Shown in pieces: positions 30,748 through 40,400 of a DNA stretch of 64,000 nt. The notes under the pieces were generated by a model, which worked only from the letters and a program-made list of their open reading frames with translations, searched no databases and was not told the origin of the DNA. Source of the DNA: Thermoplasmatales archaeon (GTDB taxonomy: Archaea > Thermoplasmatota > Thermoplasmata > Thermoplasmatales > Thermoplasmataceae); NCBI GenBank assembly GCA_026127925.1, contig JAJSLM010000006.1, positions 22,302 to 86,301 on the forward strand, in the 5' to 3' direction. Made by a program: the position numbers and the translations under genes. How positions within the stretch are numbered: the stretch's first letter is position 1; the number at the start of each line of letters is the position of its first letter.

Positions 30748-31398
30748 TCAGTATGGTGGCCCGAAAAGACCGCTTGATGGCTTCTCTATCTTCTTCGCTG
30801 CTACAAGATCATTGAGTATGCTGTCAAGGTGACCTGATTCCAGCACAAGACCAAAGTTGTCTTCAAGCTTTTTTTCTATAAGCGCAGTCTCCATTTCCTG
30901 GGTGAGGACTTTCAAAACAAGATTGCCCATATCTTCGTATACGTTCCACGGGAATATGAACCAGGTCCAGTCTTTTTCCTCGATTTCTGAAGCATAGTAA
31001 TCCGGGTTGAAGGAAGATCTCGTTATGTGGAGCATGACAGCGGTCTTCAAAGCTTTCGATTGCTGCTTTACAACATAATCGTAAGCAAGCTTCATGCTCT
31101 GTCCCGTGTCTGTTATATCGTCAACTATGAGAACGTTCTTTCCGGAGAGGTCAAGGCTTCCTGGATCTTTCAAAGTTGCTTTTCCATCTCTCGTTGCCGT
31201 AACGCCCCAATGCTCAGTCTTCACTGCAACAAGATCTTTGATCCACAGCATGTCCGATAGAATCCTTCCTGGTACCAGGCCGCCGCGTGAAAGCGCTATT
31301 ATGATGTCCGGTTTGTAGGAATCGATAATTTTATCTCTCAGTTTCTTGCACCATTCTTCGATCTCGTTCCATGAAACAAGGTATGCCTTAAATTCCAT
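30748..31398 (-). CDS. Type I phosphoribosyltransferase (purine PRTase-like)
   Basis: PRPP-binding VLIVDDITDTGQS motif. Confidence 0.65.
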   Translation of the reverse strand: MEFKAYLVSWNEIEEWCKKLRDKIIDSYKPDIIIALSRGGLVPGRILSDMLWIKDLVAVKTEHWGVTATRDGKATLKDPGSLDLSGKNVLIVDDITDTGQSMKLAYDYVVKQQSKALKTAVMLHITRSSFNPDYYASEIEEKDWTWFIFPWNVYEDMGNLVLKVLTQEMETALIEKKLEDNFGLVLESGHLDSILNDLVAAKKIEKPSSGLFGPPY

Positions 31399-31580
31399 TA
31401 TTGATCAAACCAATATGTCTAGGTTTACTTAATTTCTTTTCAACAATTTCTATGGCACTATGGTGCGGTGATTAAGGTCTTTTCACTTATATATTATACC
31501 TTCTCTAAAAATTTCGATTTAATCCTGGACTACCAAAATTTCTTAGGAATCTATATATATAAAATTAACCATGCCTCTTC

Positions 31581-32420
31581 ATGGCAGTAATAAGTGGTGG
31601 AGACATAGCTCTCATTATTGTGGTTATTATCATATTGATAATATTCCTGAGTGGTTTGCACATTTTAAAGGAATGGGAAAGAGGAGCTGTATTCACTCTC
31701 GGCAGATTCTCAATGATGAAGGGTCCAGGTATCATATACGTGTGGCCTATAATCAGCAAGGTAAGTCCAATACTTTCCACGAGGGTGCAGGTTGTATCAT
31801 TCAAGACAGAGAGTACATTCACAAAAGATAACGTTCCGATAAATGTGGACGCGGTCATGTATTTCCAGATTATCGATCCCCAAAAATCGGTACTGAACGT
31901 TGAAAATTTTGGCTCAGCAACAAATTATTCAGCGCAGACAACACTGAGAGAAGTTCTTGGAAAGAGTTCATTTGACGAAGTCCTCTCTGAAAGGGAGAAG
32001 CTGGGGGAGGAAGCCAGAGAGATTATTGATGAAAAAACCGAGAACTGGGGCATAAAAGTATCTGCAGTCGAGATAAGGGATGTAATAGTTCCACAGAACT
32101 TGCAGGAAGCAATGTCAAGGCAGGCTTCTGCGGAAAGAGAAAGAAGGTCAAGAGTAACGCTGGCCCTGGCTGAGGTTGAGGCAGCGCAGAAAATGGTTGA
32201 AGCTGCAAATCAATACAAGGATGATCCAACGGCTTTCCAGTTGAGATGGTTAAACATACTTTACGAAATAGGTCTAGAAGGCAAAGGAACACTTATGATG
32301 GTTCCAACATTTGTTCCAACAGCCGGAATAGCCGGAAATCCGTTCACTGCCATGGGCATGATGGATGCGTCTGGTAAAAATCTCACTACTCCGGGAAAGA
32401 ATTCTGCAGACAATAAGTGA
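31581..32420 (+). CDS. SPFH/band-7 (stomatin/prohibitin-like) membrane protein
   Basis: N-terminal TM then band-7 domain; A/E-rich coiled C-terminus. Confidence 0.8.
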   Translation: MAVISGGDIALIIVVIIILIIFLSGLHILKEWERGAVFTLGRFSMMKGPGIIYVWPIISKVSPILSTRVQVVSFKTESTFTKDNVPINVDAVMYFQIIDPQKSVLNVENFGSATNYSAQTTLREVLGKSSFDEVLSEREKLGEEAREIIDEKTENWGIKVSAVEIRDVIVPQNLQEAMSRQASAERERRSRVTLALAEVEAAQKMVEAANQYKDDPTAFQLRWLNILYEIGLEGKGTLMMVPTFVPTAGIAGNPFTAMGMMDASGKNLTTPGKNSADNK

Positions 32421-33135
32421 GTTCTACATATTCTTCCGGGGTCAATTCCCCCGGCCTCATATCATGAAATTTCTCGGGAACATTGTTAAGAATAGTCCCT
32501 AATTTTTTTCTTCTGTTTGAAAAAACTGTTCTTAAAATATTGTCTACTTTTGAAAGTAAATCTTCGCCATATGTGTTTCTTAATTTCAGCATTATTATCT
32601 TGGAATTCACCTTCGGCTTCGGATGAAACTTTTCTCTTGAGACTTTTCTGACTGCTGTTATTTCATATCTTAATTGAGCATTTATGGATATCCTTGCATA
32701 GTCTCTGCTATTCGGCCTTGCGATTAGGCGGTCAGAGAATTCCTCCTGCACCATCAAAACTGCTTTGTCGAACTCGAAATCATTCAGTTTGAAAATTATG
32801 CCTGAAGAAATATGGTATGGAATGTTTCCAATGATCCCGTCAAAGGTGGCTTTTTCATGGCTAAGGAAATCCATTTTTTCTATGTTCAATCTTCTGTCAT
32901 TTATTTCGGAGGGAAATTTTTCTCGAAGGATTTCCACAAATCTATGATCGCTTTCTACGCATGTTACCATATAACCGCTATCCAGCAATATTTTCGTAAG
33001 AATTCCCTCGCCGGGCCCTATTTCAAGGATTCTTGATTCGGGTGGAAGCTCAAGCAGCAAAACCTCAAACCGTGCCACATTTCTGTCTTTCAGAAATACC
33101 TGGCCATATCTTCTTGTAAAAAGAGTAGGGTTCAT
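32386..33135 (-). CDS. ksgA: 16S rRNA (adenine1518/1519-N6)-dimethyltransferase KsgA/Dim1
   Basis: GQVFLKD (QNFL-type) and LEIGPGEGILT SAM motif; last gene of the conserved L21e-rpoF-DUF655-ksgA string. Confidence 0.85.
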   Translation of the reverse strand: MNPTLFTRRYGQVFLKDRNVARFEVLLLELPPESRILEIGPGEGILTKILLDSGYMVTCVESDHRFVEILREKFPSEINDRRLNIEKMDFLSHEKATFDGIIGNIPYHISSGIIFKLNDFEFDKAVLMVQEEFSDRLIARPNSRDYARISINAQLRYEITAVRKVSREKFHPKPKVNSKIIMLKLRNTYGEDLLSKVDNILRTVFSNRRKKLGTILNNVPEKFHDMRPGELTPEEYVELTYCLQNSFPE

Positions 33136-33680
33136 TTTGCGACAAAGAGCTTGTATTTCTCGTGGCGTTCCTTGAGTTCCTCTACTATCCTGTTCGCGAG
33201 CATCTTCTGCGGGTTGTGCAAAGTCTTCACTCTCTCGGTGAGATCATTGAAAGACTTGAATGGTTCCTTCTTTCTCTCATCAAGTATTCCCCACATGATC
33301 TTGTTTCCGAGTCCGGGAAGCAACTCCATGGAGTGAAGTCTTGAATTGATCGAATCGGCGGTGTTGAAAAACTTGACAAAATCCTGTTCTCTGGACTGAA
33401 TTATTGCTTCTAGAATATACGGAAGCTCATTTGTTGCGCCTGCAGTTAGTTCGGAATATGATATCCTTCTTCTCACAGAAAGTATCTTGGCTCTTTTTTC
33501 AGGTTCCTTGCCTATGTAAACGCGTTCCCCTATTGCAATAACAGCATCATTCTTGGGAATAAGTTCAAGAAGCTTGAATTCGGTTTCCCCTATCGCCAGA
33601 GCTATTGGTGTCTTATGATACCCCTTTTCTTCCGCTCTCCCCTGTGGCAAATAATCTAAAATGTAAGCATACGATTCCAA
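33132..33680 (-). CDS. DUF655-family RNA-binding protein (conserved archaeal partner of KsgA)
   Basis: Size, YILDYLPQG N-terminus and conserved position between rpoF and ksgA. Confidence 0.55.
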   Translation of the reverse strand: MESYAYILDYLPQGRAEEKGYHKTPIALAIGETEFKLLELIPKNDAVIAIGERVYIGKEPEKRAKILSVRRRISYSELTAGATNELPYILEAIIQSREQDFVKFFNTADSINSRLHSMELLPGLGNKIMWGILDERKKEPFKSFNDLTERVKTLHNPQKMLANRIVEELKERHEKYKLFVAK

Positions 33681-33700
33681 TAGCAGGCACCTCCGGCCAG

Positions 33701-34003
33701 TTAGTCATTAAAATAGTCCTCAACCTTATTTAAATCTTCCTCTGATAGCATAACGCCGTAGGTGGATAATATAACTGTAAGTTCTTCCTTTGTCCCGGGT
33801 TTGAGATCCACAAGCTTTACCGCGGCCTTTTCAGGTAACTTGAATTCACTCATAAGATAATTCACAGCCTTCCTGGCATCCTTTCCTTTGTACTTCAAAA
33901 AAGCCTCTGTATAGGAAAGATTTTCCTTTTCGAAATCGTTATGTTCCTTCTCCTTTGAAAGTATATCGAAAGCTTCCGAGTTGGTTGTGTATTTCGCCTT
34001 CAT
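33701..34003 (-). CDS. rpoF: DNA-directed RNA polymerase subunit Rpo4/F
   Basis: ~100 aa acidic protein immediately downstream of rpl21e, the conserved position of rpoF. Confidence 0.55.
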   Translation of the reverse strand: MKAKYTTNSEAFDILSKEKEHNDFEKENLSYTEAFLKYKGKDARKAVNYLMSEFKLPEKAAVKLVDLKPGTKEELTVILSTYGVMLSEEDLNKVEDYFND

Positions 34004-34005
34004 AC

Positions 34006-34302
34006 TTATCCCTCAATTTTCTTAAGGTGGACAGGTCCTGCAAGCAACTTTTTTTCAACTCCGCCCACTCTGACTGAAAGGATGTAACACTCTCCCTGTT
34101 TGTCTGTTATTCTCCCGGTTAGCCCCTGGAAACCATGATACGGCAGACCAGCGTGTATTGATGGTTCTATGTCTATTGCAGCAAGGTCCCCAATATTGAA
34201 TGATTTCATGAATCTTGAAACTGGAGGGAAACCTCTCTCGCTCTTCCTTTTCGTCATAGTTTTTCTTGATCCGGCCCTCGGGCCGTGTGACATTTTTACC
34301 AT
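34006..34302 (-). CDS. rpl21e: 50S ribosomal protein L21e
   Basis: SHGPRAGSRKTMTKRKSERGFPPVSRFM...GDLAAIDIEPS matches the L21e pattern. Confidence 0.85.
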   Translation of the reverse strand: MVKMSHGPRAGSRKTMTKRKSERGFPPVSRFMKSFNIGDLAAIDIEPSIHAGLPYHGFQGLTGRITDKQGECYILSVRVGGVEKKLLAGPVHLKKIEG

Positions 34303-35460
34303 TTAATCATTCTCCCTGTGTATCTCAACTACGTCAAGATAAAGTATCTCAGGCATTTCCCCGTATTCCCTAGAAATACTTGGTTCAGTTCGTCCATCAT
34401 CCCCATGGACTAACTCCTTAATGTATGTTCCGCTCTCTGCCCTGATCAGCAGAGTAACCTCGCTTTCCGTGGAATCTTCAAGTTCGAGTTTCCTGATGGT
34501 CCTTTTTCTGACTAGATCGGATCTTCTACTGGAAACCCTTAATGGTGTCCTTTGATAAATATCTTTTCCAGAAAATTTTTCTTCAAGCATTTTTAGTTTC
34601 GCCATGTCGACTGTTGTGGGAAATTTCAGTCCAAGGCGGTAGGTCTTGTCATTTTTTTCGGCTTTTATCATAACTACGCTTTCTTTTGATGAAGGCTTGA
34701 GGCCAAAAACTTCAACACCCTCTCCAGAGCCGTTTATCAGCGATTCAAGACCAGATAAACTGAACATCCTCTTCTTGGGATTCTCGACCTCGATTGCGAA
34801 TTCGCGGCCATTGCCGAGCATGAGCACGTCGACGTCCTCTCTTCCGGCTCCGTGCAGGAAAAAATTTGTTCCGTTAGCCAGAAGGTTGATTCTATTTCCG
34901 ATAATTGTCTCGACAGATGGAGAGGAAGGATCCCTATGAATCCATCTGGTTTGAGGGATGCCTCTTACAAGTTTTCTGTATGTTCCAGAGACAAACAGGC
35001 TCTTTATCTGCAGCGAAAAGGAATCGTACCTCATGTCCATTCGTATCATAATTTCCGGTTCCTTGAAGTTGACTTTTTTCTCTGTTTTCTCGGAAATAAA
35101 TTTTCCAAATTCGCGGTTAAATTCCTTTTTTATGCTTTCGCCTTTGTTTTGGAAAATTTCCTGGATTTCCTTTTCCTGTTCAATTGCAGAATCGTCAAAT
35201 GTGGAGCCAACAAGAAAATCATTGAACTCGTATTCTGACAGATCTTTCTGTATCATATCAAAATAATGTTGAAATTTGAGGAATATGCCATTGCAGAACT
35301 GGCAATCATCTTCGTCGACCATCTCATAACCTTTTGATGATAGGGCTTCGAAATGATCTATGAACTTCTCTCCACGTTCTAAATTAGATTCACCATGCCC
35401 TTCTAGAGCAAAACAGCGCCCGAAGCATCTTTTGCATATTTTACGGTAATTCGATGTCAA
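34303..35460 (-). CDS. pus10: tRNA pseudouridine(54/55) synthase Pus10
   Basis: N-terminal CxxC...CxxC zinc THUMP-like region and catalytic AGREDVDVLMLGNGREF motif. Confidence 0.8.
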   Translation of the reverse strand: MTSNYRKICKRCFGRCFALEGHGESNLERGEKFIDHFEALSSKGYEMVDEDDCQFCNGIFLKFQHYFDMIQKDLSEYEFNDFLVGSTFDDSAIEQEKEIQEIFQNKGESIKKEFNREFGKFISEKTEKKVNFKEPEIMIRMDMRYDSFSLQIKSLFVSGTYRKLVRGIPQTRWIHRDPSSPSVETIIGNRINLLANGTNFFLHGAGREDVDVLMLGNGREFAIEVENPKKRMFSLSGLESLINGSGEGVEVFGLKPSSKESVVMIKAEKNDKTYRLGLKFPTTVDMAKLKMLEEKFSGKDIYQRTPLRVSSRRSDLVRKRTIRKLELEDSTESEVTLLIRAESGTYIKELVHGDDGRTEPSISREYGEMPEILYLDVVEIHREND

Positions 35461-35472
35461 GAGATATGCTGA

Positions 35473-35604
35473 TCATTTTGTGTATACTACTTTCTCTATG
35501 CTTGGTCTTTCCTTAACAAAAACTCTGGAACCACATTCGCATTCTATATCGGATGTCCCGTACGACTTTTCCAGCGGGCGGCCACATCTGATACACTTAT
35601 ACAC
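35473..35604 (-). CDS. rpoP: DNA-directed RNA polymerase subunit Rpo12/P (zinc ribbon)
   Basis: YKCIRCG...[13 protein letters not shown] zinc ribbon directly after rpl37ae; a GTG at 35604 is the likely start, since the 62-aa ATG ORF would overlap rpl37ae by 65 nt. Confidence 0.6.
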   Translation of the reverse strand: MYKCIRCGRPLEKSYGTSDIECECGSRVFVKERPSIEKVVYTK

Positions 35605-35857
35605 TCTCTGCCACCTCTTGTTTCTTCGGTGCCTGGATAAATTCAGGAGTATAAGATCCACCGGCGAATTTGTATCCGCAATGTCTGCATTCCCAAATGC
35701 CAGAAGACAATCTCTTCACCTTTTTCTGCTTACACGATGGACACGTATAAGCAGCGATTTTCTGCTTTTCGATCTCATTCCACGCTTTTCTTATCGTTAC
35801 TCCGTAGCGAGGACCAAAACGGCCAGAAGCCCCTACCTTAATAGTTCTTTTAGACAT
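35597..35857 (-). CDS. rpl37ae: 50S ribosomal protein L37ae
   Basis: [19 protein letters not shown]...CPSCKQ...CRHCG zinc ribbon. Confidence 0.9.
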   Translation of the reverse strand: MSKRTIKVGASGRFGPRYGVTIRKAWNEIEKQKIAAYTCPSCKQKKVKRLSSGIWECRHCGYKFAGGSYTPEFIQAPKKQEVAESV

Positions 35858-36214
35858 GTAAGCCACCATCGATCTAAACGATTGCGTTCAGATTCAGGAA
35901 ATACTGAAATTGTTACAAAGATTTAAACATGCCTATGGACGACGGTTGTTCATTTTAATTCGGTTAGAAGATTTCTATAGATATATTTTCTAATGGAATT
36001 TAAAAACAATTGATTTTCCGTTCCTCCCTATTTCGACGGAGGTCGAGCACCATGGAGCCTGTTAATGGTAGGGATATATTAAATCTAAGAATCGCGTATA
36101 AAATGTTCCTGAATTCGATAATGAATTGTTAGCGTGATTTTGCTGATGCAAAACAGGTCTATGATAGCTAATTAAGATAACTATTTATACAGATGATGTG
36201 TTATGTTACTAACT

Positions 36215-36811
36215 ATGAAAGCAAATGAGGTATTAAACCTGTTGCGTATTTCCAGAAAAACGCTTCATGTATATGCATCAACAGGCAAAATAAAATTTAC
36301 AGTTATGCCTAATGGCCATTATGATTACAATGATGAGGATGTTTATAAATTATTGAATAAAGATATTAAAAGAAAGACGATCATCTATGCAAGGGTATCA
36401 ACAACAAAGCAGAAGAATGATCTCGAGAACCAGATACAGCAGTTAAAACAATGGTGCTTTATGAATGGTTATACTATCAATGCGATATATTCAGATGTCG
36501 CGTCAGGAATATCGTTCAATAAGAGGAAAGGACTCTTTGAACTGCTCGATGAAATTATAAATTATAGAGTAGAAAAGGTAATAATAACATATAAAGATAG
36601 ATTAAGCAGAGTTGGCTTTGATTTATTTAAGCATCTTTTTGCTAAATTCGGTACAGAGATTGTTGTTATTTCCGATGTAGGTAGTATAAAATTAGATTCA
36701 GAAGAGATTTTTGAGGACATCATAAGTATGCTTCACTGCTATTCCATGAAGATGTATTCAAAGAGAAGAAAGAATTCAATTGAGGTTGGATATGAAGGTA
36801 ACGAGGACTGA
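36215..36811 (+). CDS. tnpA: IS607-type transposase TnpA (MerR-like HTH plus serine recombinase/resolvase domain)
   Basis: IYARVSTTKQ catalytic serine motif and resolvase core (DRLSR); N-terminal HTH. Confidence 0.85.
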   Translation: MKANEVLNLLRISRKTLHVYASTGKIKFTVMPNGHYDYNDEDVYKLLNKDIKRKTIIYARVSTTKQKNDLENQIQQLKQWCFMNGYTINAIYSDVASGISFNKRKGLFELLDEIINYRVEKVIITYKDRLSRVGFDLFKHLFAKFGTEIVVISDVGSIKLDSEEIFEDIISMLHCYSMKMYSKRRKNSIEVGYEGNED

Positions 36812-38036
36812 ACAGATCTTTATCCGAGACAATGGCACAGTATCTGAAATGTGCCATATATCGAAGAATCTCTATAATCAGGTCAATTACATTCTGAGAA
36901 ACCAGTTCTTCAATAAGGAGAAGATGTCTTCTTAGAAGGAACTTGCAAGACAATTCTCAAGGCCATCTGAGATAGAAGAAAACAACAACTTCCAGAAGCT
37001 CCCAGCACAGACAGCACAATGGACAATAAAGAAGGTAAAACAGTCATGGAATTCATTCTTCAAAGCCATGAGATCATGGAAGAAGCATCCGGAATTATTC
37101 AAGGGAGTTCCAAAACCACCAAGATACAAACATAAGGATGGAGAATTCATTCTCGTATTCACCAATCAGCAGTGTAGTATCCGCGATGGTATATTGAGAT
37201 TCCCAAAAATAATGAATCTGGAGGTTAAGACGAGACTAAAAGATGTGAATCTGAGAGAAGTGAGAATAATACCATTGGGGATCGGTTATAATATCGAGAT
37301 AGTGTATGTGAAAGAGATAACAGATACTTCTGAAATAAAGGCAGAGAGGATTATGGGTATTGATATCGGTGTGAGAAACCTCGCAACCATCGGTAACAAC
37401 ATTCCCGAACAGGGAATTGCTGTAAGGGCGGGATTGATCAAGTCAATAAATCAATACTTCAACAAAGAACTTGCAAGATACAGAAGCATAAACGATCTAC
37501 AGGGAAACGAAAGAAAGGACACAAAAAGGATACGAGAGCTCTTCATGAAACGGAACAACAAGATCAAAGACGTAATGCACAAGGTATCCAGATCAATAAT
37601 AGACTATGCAAAGTCGAAGAACATCGATACAATAGTCATAGGGCACAACGATGGATGGAAGCAATCGGTTAACATGGGAACGAAGAACAACCAGAATTTC
37701 GTTCAGCTCCCCTTCGATACATTGATCCATCAGATTAAGTACAAAGGGGAAGAGATCGGAATTAATGTAATTGTACAGAGAGAGGATCACACAAGCAGGT
37801 GTTCATTCCTTGACAATGAAACAATAGAACATCATGACACATACATGGGAAATAGAATAAGGAGAGGCACATTCAGATCGGCTAACGGAACTCTCATCCA
37901 TGCGGATCTCAATGCATCATACAACATAATAAAGAAGGCAATCCCTGAAGCTTTCGCGAACGGGATAGAGGATATCGGGTTATACCCAAGAAGTTTAAGC
38001 ATCAGACAGATGATAACTTCCAAAGGTGGATGTTAA
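36792..38036 (+). pseudogene. tnpB: TnpB (OrfB, RuvC-like RNA-guided nuclease family) interrupted by an in-frame TAG at 36933-36935; a 322-aa ORF resumes at the internal ATG 37068
   Basis: Manual translation from ATG 36792 gives MKVTRTEQIF...ILRNQFFNKEKMSS*KELARQFS...KLPAQTAQWTIKKVKQSWNSFFKAMRSWKK, continuous with the 322-aa ORF in one frame. RuvC-I GIDIGVRN and RuvC-III HADLNASYNI motifs are present. Confidence 0.75.
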
Positions 38037-38093
38037 CATGGTTAACGGAAATCATAACCTAGTGCGAAGCAATTGTGGTTATAGTGACATAGT

Positions 38094-38741
38094 TTGTTCA
38101 AAGACAGAAAGGAAGCTGGGATTAAACTTGTCAATATCCTCTCAAAAACTGTTCATGCTCCGTGTGTTATTTACGCAATTCCAAGAGGGGGTGTTCCAGT
38201 TGGTTTCGAGATAGCAATGAGAATGAAATGTCCTTTGGAGATCATAGCTGTAAAAAAAATAGGAGCACCTGGTGATGAGGAATTGGCTCTGGGAGCAGTA
38301 ACCGAAGGCAATCCAAAGGAACTGTTCCTGAATGAATATATTATAAGACAATTTCACATCGACAAAGCTCAGTTGGATAGCATCATCAACAGAAAGCATC
38401 ATGAGGCTGATGAACTCGGAAATATATACCGTCAAGGAAGACCAATGATTCTAAACCGCGATGCAGTATCAATTGTGGTCGATGATGGGATTGCTACAGG
38501 TGCAACGGTTATAGCTGCAGTGAACCTCCTGAAGAATCGTGGGCAGGAAAGAATCATAATAGCAACACCTGTTGTAGAGGAAAGTACCGCAGGGCGCCTG
38601 AGATCAATGGTCGATAACCTTGTCTCGGTGGATTTGCCCAAAGAAATGTATTCTGTTGGTGAGTTTTACCAAAATTTTCCGCAAGTTACGGATCAGGAAG
38701 TAATAGTGGCGATGGATAATTCAAGATATTTTATGAACTAG
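38094..38741 (+). CDS. Predicted phosphoribosyltransferase (type I PRTase domain)
   Basis: VSIVVDDGIATGATV PRPP-binding motif. Confidence 0.7.
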   Translation: MFKDRKEAGIKLVNILSKTVHAPCVIYAIPRGGVPVGFEIAMRMKCPLEIIAVKKIGAPGDEELALGAVTEGNPKELFLNEYIIRQFHIDKAQLDSIINRKHHEADELGNIYRQGRPMILNRDAVSIVVDDGIATGATVIAAVNLLKNRGQERIIIATPVVEESTAGRLRSMVDNLVSVDLPKEMYSVGEFYQNFPQVTDQEVIVAMDNSRYFMN

Positions 38742-38770
38742 ATTTAACGTCAGAAAATTCTCATCACTTT

Positions 38771-38850
38771 CGGATGCCAGGAACATCCGACTTCAAAACA
38801 TTTCAATTTCCGAAACGCGTTAGAAATTCTGTCAAAAAAATTTTTTTTGG
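38771..38850. terminator. Candidate bidirectional terminator between the convergent PRTase and rrp42 genes
   Basis: Hairpin CGGATG-ccaggaa-CATCCG at 38771-38789, then palindromic A7T9 tract at 38834-38849. Confidence 0.4.
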
Positions 38851-38859
38851 ACCAGCCCC

Positions 38860-39654
38860 TTATGCTGGTTCTTCCGAGAAAAATTTCTCTCTCAGGGTTT
38901 TACCGACCTGAAGAGAATTGTTAATGGCTGTTTTGACCTCATCCATCGTGAGATAACCTACCTCGCCTTTCTGCATGGCCCTGATATGCCCATCTTCCGT
39001 TGTTGTCACAGTAATCCTTGTAGAACCCATCTGCTCTTCCTCTGTATCGGGATCACATACCAGGACATCACCTATTTTTGACATGGTAACCGATATCGGA
39101 ATATGCTTCAGAACAAGCTTTGTATCTTTCCCACCCTCTTTCGAACCAGGAATAACAGCATTCCTCAGGGCGGATACAGCTGCAAGTGTGCACGCATCGA
39201 TGAGGTTCCCGTCAAAGTCCAGCACATCAATATCAACAAATACGATCCACACTTTTTCTCCGGGAGTTATGACGAGGCTATCCATGTCTATCATTTTACT
39301 CTCTCTGATTCCACGATCTACGACACGGGCAAGTTCAATTGTACCCTCACCTGGAGGTCCAGATTCAAACGTTGGGAACGCCATAGGAAGTAACTCTACA
39401 TTCGTAGTCAAAACACCACTGTCCGGGGTGTCGGGAAAAGGCTCTCCAGATTCTATTTTGACACCGGCGACAACTTTTGTCTTTCCGAGTTCAACTCTGG
39501 CAGAACCAGAAGCCCTTGGTACGTAACCAGGAAAGATCTTTATTTCCCTGAAATCAAGAGGTGATCTCCCATCTCCTCTCTTTCCCTCTTTCAATCTATT
39601 GATTATGTAACTTTTCTTGATCTCAGATAATACCCCTGCTTCATCTTTCGGCAT
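38860..39654 (-). CDS. rrp42: Exosome complex component Rrp42 (inactive RNase PH-like)
   Basis: RNase PH fold pattern, ~264 aa, directly downstream of rrp41. Confidence 0.8.
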   Translation of the reverse strand: MPKDEAGVLSEIKKSYIINRLKEGKRGDGRSPLDFREIKIFPGYVPRASGSARVELGKTKVVAGVKIESGEPFPDTPDSGVLTTNVELLPMAFPTFESGPPGEGTIELARVVDRGIRESKMIDMDSLVITPGEKVWIVFVDIDVLDFDGNLIDACTLAAVSALRNAVIPGSKEGGKDTKLVLKHIPISVTMSKIGDVLVCDPDTEEEQMGSTRITVTTTEDGHIRAMQKGEVGYLTMDEVKTAINNSLQVGKTLREKFFSEEPA

Positions 39655-40400
39655 TATTCACCACCTTCCTCAAGTGCTATATCTCTGTATTTCCCTGCAA
39701 GGGCTTCCCTCTGGATCTCGCTGATCCTTTTTATGGCATCGTCTATCATTTCGGTTGCCTTGTTGAATTCTTCAATCGTCAAGTCTCCATCCATCTGCAT
39801 CAGCACTATCTTCCCGGATTTCACCAGCTGCGCTATCGGGAGATCCGCTTCACCGAAGTTATCCTCCTCCTTGCCAAGATCCAGTACTATCTGTCCTGCC
39901 ACCTTCCCGGCTGTACATCCCGCGACCATATCCCTCATAGGAATGCCAGCGGCAGCCAGGGCTACGGCCGATGCTGTAAGGCCTGCTATCCTTGTCCCTG
40001 CATCTGCCTGGAGAACCTCGATAAAAACATCGATCTGGGTTCTCGGGAACTGCTCAGCAAGAATTGCAGTCTGCAGAGCTTCAGATACAACCTTTGAGAT
40101 CTCTATTGATCTCCTGTCAGGTCCAGGCCTCTTTCTTTCGTCGACTGAGAAAGCTGCCATGTTGTATCTCGCTTTAACTACTGCCATATCCATGTTCTGC
40201 GTGTGCTTAGGATATGCTTCCCTTGGTCCATACACGGAGGCAATAATCTTGTTGCCTCCCCATTCAATCATCGCTGATCCATCAGCATTTTCTAATACGT
40301 CCGTCTGTATCTTTATAGGTCTAAGTTCGCTGGGAGACCGGCCATCTAACCTGAGGCCGTTCTCGTCTATTAACTTTAGATCTGTTTTTGCTCCACCCAT
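39654..40400 (-). CDS. rrp41: Exosome complex exonuclease Rrp41 (RNase PH-like)
   Basis: LRLDGRSPSELRP N-terminus and RNase PH motifs, 248 aa. Confidence 0.85.
   Translation of the reverse strand: MGGAKTDLKLIDENGLRLDGRSPSELRPIKIQTDVLENADGSAMIEWGGNKIIASVYGPREAYPKHTQNMDMAVVKARYNMAAFSVDERKRPGPDRRSIEISKVVSEALQTAILAEQFPRTQIDVFIEVLQADAGTRIAGLTASAVALAAAGIPMRDMVAGCTAGKVAGQIVLDLGKEEDNFGEADLPIAQLVKSGKIVLMQMDGDLTIEEFNKATEMIDDAIKRISEIQREALAGKYRDIALEEGGE

Larger units (their letters stand above)
36150..38090 (+). mobile_element. IS607-family (IS200/IS605 superfamily) insertion sequence: serine-recombinase tnpA plus tnpB; the ends are approximate, as this family has no terminal inverted repeats
   Basis: tnpA and tnpB overlap by 20 nt; flanked by rpl37ae and a PRTase gene. 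Confidence 0.65.

Noticed and set aside
30748-31398. Two PRTase-type genes (30748-31398 and 38094-38741) as a duplicated or mobile cargo pair
   Set aside because: Their sequences are clearly different families of type I PRTase with different lengths and motifs. Nothing beyond IS adjacency links the second one to the mobile element.
35480-35926. 148-aa plus-strand ORF overlapping rpoP and rpl37ae
   Set aside because: It is antisense to two well-supported conserved genes and has an S/R/L-rich composition typical of shadow ORFs.
36933-36935. In-frame TAG in tnpB as programmed recoding (pyrrolysine or suppressor readthrough)
   Set aside because: Nothing in the window suggests Pyl machinery. The position corresponds to a normal aromatic or Leu residue in TnpB, so a simple nonsense mutation (or sequencing error) is the parsimonious reading.
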